NCBI RefSeq assembly: GCF_001194135.2
Contig: NC_068988.1
Coordinates: 95,785,201 to 95,849,200 of the forward strand
Length of the DNA: 64,000 nucleotides
From: Octopus bimaculoides
Taxonomy: Eukaryota
Direction of reading: 5' to 3'
How positions within the stretch are numbered: the stretch's first letter is position 1; the number at the start of each line of letters is the position of its first letter. A program made the translations under genes and the position numbers. Of this stretch, positions 52,727 to 64,000 are shown piece by piece. Below the pieces are notes generated by a model, which was not told where the DNA came from, did not search any database, and saw only the letters and a program-made list of their open reading frames with translations.

Positions 52727-55094
52727 NNNNNNNNNNNNNNNNNNNNNNNNNNNNNNNNNNNNNNNNNNNNNNNNNNNNNNNNNNNNNNNNNNNNNNNNNN
52801 NNNNNNNNNNNNNNNNNNNNNNNNNNNNNNNNNNNNNNNNNNNNNNNNNNNNNNNNNNNNNNNNNNNNNNNNNNNNNNNNNNNNNNNNNNNNNNNNNNNN
52901 NNNNNNNNNNNNNNNNNNNNNNNNNNNNNNNNNNNNNNNNNNNNNNNNNNNNNNNNNNNNNNNNNNNNNNNNNNNNNNNNNNNNNNNNNNNNNNNNNNNN
53001 NNNNNNNNNNNNNNNNNNNNNNNNNNNNNNNNNNNNNNNNNNNNNNNNNNNNNNNNNNNNNNNNNNNNNNNNNNNNNNNNNNNNNNNNNNNNNNNNNNNN
53101 NNNNNNNNNNNNNNNNNNNNNNNNNNNNNNNNNNNNNNNNNNNNNNNNNNNNNNNNNNNNNNNNNNNNNNNNNNNNNNNNNNNNNNNNNNNNNNNNNNNN
53201 NNNNNNNNNNNNNNNNNNNNNNNNNNNNNNNNNNNNNNNNNNNNNNNNNNNNNNNNNNNNNNNNNNNNNNNNNNNNNNNNNNNNNNNNNNNNNNNNNNNN
53301 NNNNNNNNNNNNNNNNNNNNNNNNNNNNNNNNNNNNNNNNNNNNNNNNNNNNNNNNNNATATATATATATATATATAAGATGGATTTGTGAACAGTAACC
53401 GTCGACTAAATTTAACTCATAAGAAATTCATTTGAGGCCAATATAAAAAAAAATCATCTGTCTAAGGCTCTTATATCAACCGTCCCGGGGGAATGAAAGG
53501 AAAAATCGTCTTTGGGATTTGAAATAATTATGTCAAAAATCTTAAGAAAATCCCACATCCCATTTTTGTCGGGTACTTAAGCACTTTACTGTTCCCTGAT
53601 AAATACTGATGGATTAATTTCTGAAATAAACTTGTCACTTTGCTTATATTCCACAATTCCTGTATGATAATCAGAATTAAAAGTAGAATGTAATAAATGT
53701 CTCGTTCCTAAAGATTCCAAGTTCAAATCCTGCAAGAGTCGACTTCGCCTTTTATTCTTTGCAGATCCTGGTTCAATATCAATCAAGTGTATATCACCCT
53801 CACAAACCTGTCTTCTCTACAAGGTCGCTCGAGCTGCTAGTAATCACAGCTAATATCTCTTTCACATCGCACGCTACTATCAACCGTAAACACTATTCCA
53901 TGGTAAAATAAAAAAAAAACAAAGTGGGCATTGGTTGGAATGTTTTTGATTATGGGTCGACTTGTTGAGAGCCTACTCGGGGCTAAACAAAAGGAACAAC
54001 TTTTTATTACCAACTAATCTAAGAAGAAACTGTTATTAAATATGGAATGGGATGAAAATATCCTGGATTGATATCCTATCGTTATTCGCTTCTGTCCACT
54101 TGTTTCTATATTAAAGTCCTGCCATGTTTCACTTTGAATTCCATCGCTCCAGAACCAACCAAAAATATTCTCAATAGAATAATTTCTAAGTTATCTTTCA
54201 TAGATTGCTCCTTTACGAAACTTCCTTTATTAAAGGTTTAAATCTGATATAAAAGTTACAGATATTGTGATGAAAGTCAAGTATTATTGGAAGTTTGAAA
54301 ATATCTTAATGATGTAGGACATGCAAAATGAATAACAAGGATGTAAGCCCCCGCTCAGATTGCTAAAAGTTGCAGTTAATCGTTCCTCAAATTACACCTT
54401 ACCAACTCGAGAGAAGGATCACATTGAGTAGTGATAATCGAAATACACAAGAACTTTAATCTATTAACGTTAATCTTTTAATCTCTGTTCGACAAGGTTT
54501 CCTCCTAAAGCCAAACAACATCAATAACAACAAAATCAAAAATATTCTAATCATATGAGAGTATCGATGTATCAATTATTTCATTCATCAATCACAAAGA
54601 TCGAAGTTGATTGTAGACTGCAGTGGGCAGAATGACAAAGAAACCAAAACTTATCTACGGCCAATCAGAAGTTTTGAAGTTGCTTGCATTCACAATTTTG
54701 TTAATCTTTTAAATATTTCAATTTTAATGAAGTCACTAAAACGGCACCAAGAAATGGTTTTGTGATGGGTGTGTGTGTGTGTTCTGTTTATATGTGGAGA
54801 TGCGCCATGTGTCATGTGATACGTACAACATTAAAATGGTTAACAGACTCTTCGGATCTTAGTGTGTCGAAGTAAAGTTAGGCTGTTTCCGATATTCAAG
54901 TATACAGAAACACAAATAAATGCACACGCTTGCATAGACACACAGACACACACACAAATATGCATAAGCACAAACACTCGACAACACACACACACACTCA
55001 CACACACATATATGTATACATGGATGCATCCCAATAATATATATGGTATATATAAAATATATACATATAAGCAATATATTATATATATATATAA

Positions 55095-55174
<80 letters not shown>

Positions 55175-55275
55175 TATATATATATATATATTATATATAC
55201 ATGTATAATATATATATGTAATATATACATATGTATAACATTTGTGTATATATATGTGCATATATATATATATGC

Positions 55276-55316
<41 letters not shown>

Positions 55317-55779
55317 CATATACACACAGATACACATACACACACACATACACACACGCATATATATATATATATAGAAAAAATATTCACGTGCTAATAC
55401 ATACATATACACGCCCCCGCACATACACATATACATATATGCAATATTTCATTTTAATTGATTTTAATTAACATGCGTGAGTTTTCTGTCAGTGCGTGCG
55501 TTCGTTCGTTCGTGTGTATTGTGAGTCTCTTTGACTTTAACCAAACTTCTTATAATCGAAGAACTACCCATTAAAGTCTTCTAACAGACCTGAAGAACTT
55601 TTACATAAAAATGCCAACTGTTCAAATGGTTTAAAAACAGAAATAAATACAATCGTAATTTTTGATATGACAAAAATATAATTATTTTGAAAACGAAAAC
55701 ACACGCACGCACATAAACACATACGTGCGTACATACATATACATATATATGCTTTTTTTAAATTCCAACTACATACATG

Positions 55780-55859
<80 letters not shown>

Positions 55860-55888
55860 TTACAGTTAAGTTTTAAGAGAGCACTTAC

Positions 55889-55952
55889 CTGCATTTGCTA
55901 TTGATAAAAGAATTACAGCAGAAACGAGAAATAGACTGAGCCGAAGAGACAT
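55889..55952 (-). CDS. GGNG: GGNG/excitatory peptide (EP/CCHamide family) precursor, coding exon 1 (signal peptide MSLRLSLFLVSAVILLSIANA + 1 nt)
   Basis: ATG at 55952-55950. 21 codons form a basic N-region, hydrophobic core and A-N-A cleavage motif. Ends GCA G|gtaagt (consensus donor, phase 1), in frame with exon 2. Confidence 0.88.
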
Positions 55953-55974
55953 GTTGCAAGAAGAGTTCTGATCT

Positions 55975-56010
55975 AAATGAAGATTTTCCGAAATCTACGG
56001 AATATTTATA
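55975..56010 (-). promoter_or_regulatory. Putative core promoter of the GGNG gene: TATA box + initiator
   Basis: TATAAATA at 56010-56003 (minus) and TCATTT initiator-like motif at 55980-55975 with the A at 55978, 32 nt from the TATA start and 26 nt before the ATG. Confidence 0.55.
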
Positions 56011-57500
56011 GAGCGATGCAAATTCTCAATCCTTGGTTGCGATTCGATTTGGCTTCTTTATAATCTTTCACAAAAGTTTTGTGTCGCTCACACACACACA
56101 CACACACACACACGTACACACACACACACGCACACACACGTACACACGTACACTCACACATACACCTATAATTAATGACGGGAGCGCACACTCATGCGCA
56201 CTCGCGCAACCCGCCCTCACTGCGTTAACGTTTCCTCCTCTCCACCCATTTCGGATAATTTATTGCTCGTGTTTAATATTGTAACCGAGTACGGGCTTAA
56301 AATAAAGCGTGGGTCGCTTCGTAATCTAATAAATAAAGACCGTTACCAATATCTCCTTGCTTTTTATGTATAATCACTGTGTGTGTGTGTAGGGGAGGGC
56401 TTACCTGTGAATGAGTGTGTGTGTTAAGTAAATACTATATGCATCTGACACACACACACACACACACAGACACGCACACACATATATGTATATATTCATA
56501 TGCATGTGTTTACGTATGCGTGTGCGCGTTTGTCGACGTCCCTCTGTGTTTGCCCATGCGCGTGCGCAAGTGTGCGTGCATTTGTGCGTGTGTGCGTCAT
56601 GTCCGTACGCATGTGTGCGTACGTGTTACGCGCGTGCCCGACACGTGTATGTGAATGCCTCAGTTGTGTCTGTCTGTCTGTCTGCATTGACGCGTTGAAT
56701 AGATCCTTCCTCTTTCTCCCCCCCCCTCGTTCCTCCTCCCTCCCTCCTTCTCTTCTCTCTCTCTCGCGCTGTATATGTGTTTGTGTATGTGTGTGTCTAT
56801 GTATGTATAAAACGTTTGAGCGTAGAGTATGTATGTGTNNNNNNNNNNNNNNNNNNNNNNNNNNNNNNNNNNNNNNNNNNNNNNNNNNNNNNNNNNNNNN
56901 NNNNNNNNNNNNNNNNNNNNNNNNNNNNNNNNNNNNNNNNNNNNNNNNNNNNNNNNNNNNNNNNNNNNNNNNNNNNNNNNNNNNNNNNNNNNNNNNNNNN
57001 NNNNNNNNNNNNNNNNNNNNNNNNNNNNNNNNNNNNNNNNNNNNNNNNNNNNNNNNNNNNNNNNNNNNNNNNNNNNNNNNNNNNNNNNNNNNNNNNNNNN
57101 NNNNNNNNNNNNNNNNNNNNNNNNNNNNNNNNNNNNNNNNNNNNNNNNNNNNNNNNNNNNNNNNNNNNNNNNNNNNNNNNNNNNNNNNNNNNNNNNNNNN
57201 NNNNNNNNNNNNNNNNNNNNNNNNNNNNNNNNNNNNNNNNNNNNNNNNNNNNNNNNNNNNNNNNNNNNNNNNNNNNNNNNNNNNNNNNNNNNNNNNNNNN
57301 NNNNNNNNNNNNNNNNNNNNNNNNNNNNNNNNNNNNNNNNNNNNNNNNNNNNNNNNNNNNNNNNNNNNNNNNNNNNNNNNNNNNNNNNNNNNNNNNNNNN
57401 NNNNNNNNNNNNNNNNNNNNNNNNNNNNNNNNNNNNNNNNNNNNNNNNNNNNNNNNNNNNNNNNNNNNNNNNNNNNNNNNNNNNNNNNNNNNNNNNNNNN

Positions 57501-57531
<31 letters not shown>

Positions 57532-57830
57532 CGCCTTTGCGTGTGTGCAAAGAAAAGAAAGAAAAGATATATGCTAGTAGTTTAGTAAACACACACACAC
57601 ACACACATAAAGACCTCCATAGACGCATCCATACACACATTACAAACACGCACCGTTAGTACCCCATACACACCCACCAAGACATGTTTCCTAGTTTTTC
57701 ACAGATGCTTCCAAAAGGTAGAATTTGGCGGGGGTGGGGTGGGGCGGAGAGGGAGAGGAGAGATTCCGAAAAAGAGAGATTTTTAATTGATTTTTAAGTT
57801 TTATGTATATTTTTACATACCATCTAAAAC

Positions 57831-57870
<40 letters not shown>

Positions 57871-58524
57871 GTGGGATAAAAATGAAAAACAATTTAACTA
57901 AAAAGTACGTAGGAAGTAAATCATGTGTGTGTGTGTACACATATATGTATGTGTGTGCTTGTGTGTGTGTGTGTGTGTGTGTGAGTGAGTGTGCATATTG
58001 ATAAATGTATTATATGTATTTATATATATGTATATATGTATATAGGTATATTTATATATATATATATATATACATATATTTGGGTATGTGTATATTGACA
58101 TATATATATATGTGTGTGTGTTCTCTCTCTCTCTTTCCTTCTCTTTGTCTCACGCACACACACACACACACATATAGGGAGAAAGATAAACGAGACAGAT
58201 ATATAGATACATACACAAACAAATGCAGACATACATTCAGACAAGCATTCATACATACATAAATACACACTCACACACACTCACAATGTTTACGTACACA
58301 CATACACACATACCTACATGCTTGTATACATACACACATACATACACACACACACACACCTTAATATATAGAAATACTATACGAGTCATTGGAAGAGACG
58401 AAAAAATGTAAATAAATAAAAATGCGTCGGTGAAGATAATGTCGGATGATAAGCTGTGTTCACCGGTTTGATCAGATAGGCTTAAACAGCCTCACGTCCT
58501 CCCCCCACCTCTCTCTCTCTTTAT

Positions 58525-58569
<45 letters not shown>

Positions 58570-59113
58570 NNNNNNNNNNNNNNNNNNNNNNNNNNNNNNN
58601 NNNNNNNNNNNNNNNNNNNNNNNNNNNNNNNNNNNNNNNNNNNNNNNNNNNNNNNNNNNNNNNNNNNNNNNNNNNNNNNNNNNNNNNNNNNNNNNNNNNN
58701 NNNNNNNNNNNNNNNNNNNNNNNNNNNNNNNNNNNNNNNNNNNNNNNNNNNNNNNNNNNNNNNNNNNNNNNNNNNNNNNNNNNNNNNNNNNNNNNNNNNN
58801 NNNNNNNNNNNNNNNNNNNNNNNNNNNNNNNNNNNNNNNNNNNNNNNNNNNNNNNNNNNNNNNNNNNNNNNNNNNNNNNNNNNNNNNNNNNNNNNNNNNN
58901 NNNNNNNNNNNNNNNNNNNNNNNNNNNNNNNNNNNNNNNNNNNNNNNNNNNNNNNNNNNNNNNNNNNNNNNNNNNNNNNNNNNNNNNNNNNNNNNNNNNN
59001 NNNNNNNNNNNNNNNNNNNNNNNNNNNNNNNNNNNNNNNNNNNNNNNNNNNNNNNNNNNNNNNNNNNNNNNNNNNNNNNNNNNNNNNNNNNNNNNNNNNN
59101 NNNNNNNNNNNNN

Positions 59114-59325
<212 letters not shown>

Positions 59326-59626
59326 TCGTCTGGGTATATATCTCTGATTTAGTAACAACGGGGCGTGGTGTTAGAGATTAAATAGAAAACTTTGTTTTGG
59401 TTCTTTTTTTCTTCGTCTTTTTTTTATCATTTGTTTTTGTCTTGCGTTTGTCGCTTTCTTTTTTGTCTTCTTTTTATTTACAATCAATTGTTAGACGACA
59501 TTGGAATCATTGATGTTGTTGTTGCCGTCATCCTCATCAGCTTCTCTGACACAACAGAATCAAGACGACGAGCAGTCGGACGAGTATCGAATCACCACCA
59601 TCAGTTTAGTCGTTCGTCGTAGTCTT

Positions 59627-59662
<36 letters not shown>

Positions 59663-60104
59663 AAGAGAAAGAAAGATAAAACAACACCTACGTGCTTTTC
59701 TCACCTGAGCTGTTTATTTCTGTTCTTTTCTTCAACGATCTTATTATTTTCCCCATAATGTTACTCCCTCTCTCCCTTACTTCATTGCCCCACTCGCACA
59801 TTCATACATACACACATACACAAATACATACATACAAACAGACAGGAACACAGACGTGTGTGTGTGTGTAAATACACACACACACATATATATATTCATG
59901 TATGTATGTATGTGTGTGTAATATATGCATTCTGTATTCCAGTAACGATATGATGGTCCGCTCGTTACTCTTGCTCCACACCACTTAATTAAATCTTAAA
60001 CCATTTCTTCTCTTATAACAATTATTTATCTAATTTTTCTTTTGTTGCTTGTTCCTAGGAATGTGTGTGTGTGTGTACACATGCACACGATGCATATATC
60101 TTTT

Positions 60105-60290
60105 CTAATGTAGGCACAAGGCCCGAAATTTGTGGGGAGGGGGCCAGTCGATTAGATCGACCCCACTACGACCCCCAAAAGATGAATGGCAAAGTCGACC
60201 TCGGCGGAATTTGAACTCAGAACGTAAAGACAGATGAAATACCGGTAAGCATTTCGCCCGGCGTGCTACCGTTTCTGCCAGCTCGCTGCC
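60105..60290 (-). mobile_element. tRNA-derived SINE, family B
   Basis: Reverse complement of GGC.GCGAGCTGGCAGAAACG.TAGCACGCCGGGCGAAATGCTTA...GAGTTCAAATTCCGCCGAGGTCGACTTTGCC. Further copies lie at about 11607-11804(-), 33180-33385(+), 37000-37205(+), 42985-43180(+), 46750-46890(+), 50020-50225(+). Confidence 0.85.
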
Positions 60291-60640
60291 TTGCACGATG
60301 TGTATATCTGTTGGTGAGCTGTAAGTATTTACACTCAGAAATGAAAACAAAATATAACTCACTAATTCATTTTGTAAACAATTTTTATTTCTCCGTCTCT
60401 ATTATCAACATGTTATTCCGTATACATCTTCACCATCACAACCTTTTGTTTGTTTTATCATCGTCTATAATGGTTAATATTTGTGTTTATAGCTTAGAAT
60501 GTTTATCTGTTTATATTAACAACAATTTCATTAAGTTACGCTAACAAGTTTTTAGTAAAATAAAATTACCTTTCATACTCAATTTGCATAAGCTACTCTG
60601 TTATTTTTGCATGTTAAAATGTTTTTGAAACATTTGTATA

Positions 60641-60714
60641 TAGACAGAGGCATATATGCGTATATAGATAGACAGAGGCATATATGCGTATATAGATAGA
60701 CAGAGGCATATATA
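60641..60714 (+). repeat. 28-bp minisatellite x2.6
   Basis: Unit TAGACAGAGGCATATATGCGTATATAGA. Confidence 0.9.
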
Positions 60715-61140
60715 CATATATGCGTATACATATATACATACAGATCTACATACGGCTGGAATTAAGGTCAACATCCAGGATGAGCCAAACTAATAAACAC
60801 ACCCAAAGAAATCATTGCGTTAACGTTGTTTTCAGCAGAAAATGGTAAAAGCTATTTATAGTTGAAGAACTGCATTATTTTCAGGTACATTAGCAACCTT
60901 AAAGAGAATCGGAACATGGGAAATTGACAATGTTAGGTATCGCTAAATTGCTCGTGTCTTAGAATTCTTACGTTTATAAATGGTTCGACAACTTTAATGT
61001 GACAAAACTATTCGTGTTTTCTGGTAGTAGGAGTTATTTAGCTGGATTTGGAAAATGATTTCTGTAGAACTGTGAATTTATTATCTGCTGGACGTTCTGC
61101 TTGGATAAATACCAACAATAAATACCAGTAATATCATGAA

Positions 61141-61402
61141 TTGGAGTAAAGATCGTTTGCCAACATGATATGGCAGTCCTAGTTTAGGACGAACGCTGCT
61201 GTAATTTAGTCCCAGGAGACATCGTCTCCAGCTGGCTATACGACACGATCTGTGTCCTTATATTTTCGAACAAGGGAATCTAGCACCTCCTCTCAGCTCA
61301 AAACAATATCTGTGTATCGTGATGTCTCCTGGGGCTAAATTACTACAACATTCGTCCTAAAACAGGTTGCCATGTTATGTTGGCAAACAATCTTTACTCC
61401 AA
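61141..61402. mobile_element. Foldback MITE-like element (~80-bp arms)
   Basis: TTGGAGTAAAGATCGTTTGCCAACAT...CCCAGGAGACATC is inverted at GATGTCTCCTGGGG...ATGTTGGCAAACAATCTTTACTCCAA. Confidence 0.8.
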
Positions 61403-64000
61403 AGTACTGTTACTGAATATCTCTCGTGAGATTTACAAATAGTAATTTTCTAATATGAATTGTTTGCTTTTCCAGTGATGTAGGTGTCCGAAGTATAACA
61501 CTACACTTCGTGTCTGTCAGAGTGTGCAGTACATTTCTCAATTTGAGGAAGTATGCTATAACTCGAACAACAAATGACTTGCTCCGAGTCGTTCGGTCGA
61601 TTGCTTACGTATCTTAAATCTTTTTATCTTTCATGATTTATATCATTTATTCAACATTTCACCTTATGATGTTTTTTTTAGTCAACTGCTTGACCTTTCA
61701 CAGCTGATCAACCTTATTAAATTAATAATTATTATCATTCTTTTTGTCTGTAATTAGCTGAATTAAGTTTGCTTGGTATGAATGCTTAATTATATAAGTA
61801 TACAAAAATGTGAATTATTTTGTGGAGTATTTCAGCCAACAATTACTGTCCTTTCAGTTCTCTTTATATCAAATAGATTGACCCAATCCAGCTAAGGTAA
61901 ATTTATCGATAACAGAAAGATTAAGAGTATATTTATTTCCAGAGTCAAACCTAGATCTGATTGTATTTGGTCATTGATTGCCCATGCTTCAGTGGAATTG
62001 CTTATTACGTTCGAAATAGAGAATTTAGACTATTATTGTTCATCTGTTGATGGTTGAAAGTCTTAAACATAGAATTTTGTTCGAATAGTTAATGCTAAAA
62101 TGATACTAAAACATTCCGCATTAATTTTGTTCATTAAACAATCAACTGAAAGACTTTGGTTTGTATTTGGGAAATTTCTAGAAAGATTTCTAAAATGTGG
62201 CAGATTCCTCAAACAATAATTCTCAAAGAAAACAACTTACTGATGGGATTTCTATGTTGCCGTGCTTCGATTATAATTTTGTGCCTTGCGAAGTATTGAG
62301 GGATTGTTTCTTTGTTCATAAATTACGAAATAAGGGAACAGCAAAACAACTGACGTTTTATTCGTCAAGAAATAGACAACCTCCAGTGTCTTAAGTCTCT
62401 CAACAACTAAATATTTTATTTCTTCATCAAACGCTCCATTCAGAATAAAGTAACAATATACTTTAAATTGCAAAATTTGTAACAGAATTAAGAATAGATA
62501 ACTTATATGGGCCAGCATTTTCTCGTTAACAAAAAGAAGAAAGTTCGTACGAGGAATAACGATCAAACGAATCTTTAGTAAACAATAATGACCGTTCCAG
62601 AGCTCTACACATGTATAACTAGCAGAAGATTAATGAACAACAAACTCAGACAAGATATATAAGGTCATCCCGATCTGCGACGTCATCAAAGGAGTAAGAT
62701 AAGCTTCGAAACTTATCCATTAACACAATGAACATTCTCTAAACATTTAAAATAAACATCTGGAATAGATATTCCAACAAAAGGAGCTCAGTGACAAAGT
62801 TTTGCTGATAAAAAATTTTTAAAAAAAGAAGCTGTTTTCTTTAAGAAAAATAATTGGAGTATAATTAGAAACGCTATTAGTTCGTCGATGTTCCATTAAA
62901 AACTTCAATATGTAAAAAGTTCTGCACATCTAAATGGTATATACAAGCACACATTATAAGCACTAATATATATNNNNNNNNNNNNNNNNNNNNNNNNNNN
63001 NNNNNNNNNNNNNNNNNNNNNNNNNNNNNNNNNNNNNNNNNNNNNNNNNNNNNNNNNNNNNNNNNNNNNNNNNNNNNNNNNNNNNNNNNNNNNNNNNNNN
63101 NNNNNNNNNNNNNNNNNNNNNNNNNNNNNNNNNNNNNNNNNNNNNNNNNNNNNNNNNNNNNNNNNNNNNNNNNNNNNNNNNNNNNNNNNNNNNNNNNNNN
63201 NNNNNNNNNNNNNNNNNNNNNNNNNNNNNNNNNNNNNNNNNNNNNNNNNNNNNNNNNNNNNNNNNNNNNNNNNTATATATATATAATGGAACAAAAACGC
63301 AATAGAAGACAATAAAACATTTGGACAGATAGACGATACAAGGGCGGACAAGAGAAACACCAATTAGAAGGACAGGCAAAAAAAAGGACGAGTCATTCGT
63401 GGCCTTCTTTCGTCAGCCAAGGTGCCAGAAGTCCTTATAGTTTCGAGCAGTTCTATTTGTTCGGTGAATATGATTTTACCTCCAACAGTCATGCATTCAT
63501 AGAGGTATATTGACACATGATGATTTCATGGTGGATGAAGGTTTTCGATTGTCCGAACCGTTAGACAAACACCCTGTGTTATTCGTTCCCGCCCTTGGTG
63601 TATTCAGCTCAAATACACTCGTGACTATTAGCCATCATTATATTTTTACTACAATATCCAGATACCATTTCTCTTTAAACTCCGTGAGCCATTGGTATTT
63701 CATTTAACCCAAGTTGCACCGAATACTCTCGCATTTCCACATTTATTCTATCTTCTTTCTTTCCGCACAAGAATGATTTTTATTTTGTTTTTATTTCCTT
63801 TAATCGTCCTCTTATGCTTTTCATTTGCCATCGTATTTATTGTCTTTAGTTTTAAGTAGTGTTTTTCTTTGTATTTCTATGTTTTTCTTTTCTTCATTCT
63901 TTTCCCTACTCTAACTCTTCACACACGCGTGCAAGCGAACAGAATACTCTAACTGATAAGTCACTATAAATGGCCCTATAAATTGTTCTTTATGAAAACA

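Noticed and set aside
63380-63450. CUGACGA and GAAA motifs on the minus strand in a repeat-like block
   Set aside because: Stems needed for any hammerhead topology could not be built.
63478-63510. Minus-strand MHDCW-like stretch before a donor, resembling a second EP exon
   Set aside because: Preceded by an in-frame TGA, wrong phase, and upstream of the signal-peptide exon.

Overview
AT-rich, microsatellite-saturated eukaryotic draft sequence with many N gaps. The SINE repertoire is the one I recognise from Octopus/coleoid cephalopod genomes, so the species is an inference. The main content is a minus-strand, three-coding-exon neuropeptide precursor gene spanning ~42 kb that the ORF track misses: exon 1 CDS 55952-55889 (signal peptide), a 39-nt exon 2 at 36551-36513 and exon 3 at 14413-14217. 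All junctions are canonical GT-AG. The spliced product is 99 aa: MSLRLSLFLVSAVILLSIANA-AKCNRHNMHACLGGN-GKR-SSMDVSNRDEQLMKILSRGLDQRAIRSEIDDDTVLPLEKTYERAVKQNDFSPVIKRLVMN. This is a GGNG/excitatory peptide (EP, CCHamide-related) precursor whose mature peptide is atypical in lacking Trp and having a shorter disulfide ring. A TATA box plus initiator lies just upstream. The introns and flanks hold many tRNA-type SINE copies and decayed Helitron, HERO-like, R4/Dong-like, CR1/L2-like and Tc1/mariner fragments. They also hold several long inverted repeats and Penelope-type minimal hammerhead ribozyme motifs. Nearly all ORFs in the supplied track are microsatellite or N-gap artefacts. No rRNA, true tRNA gene or CRISPR array was seen.
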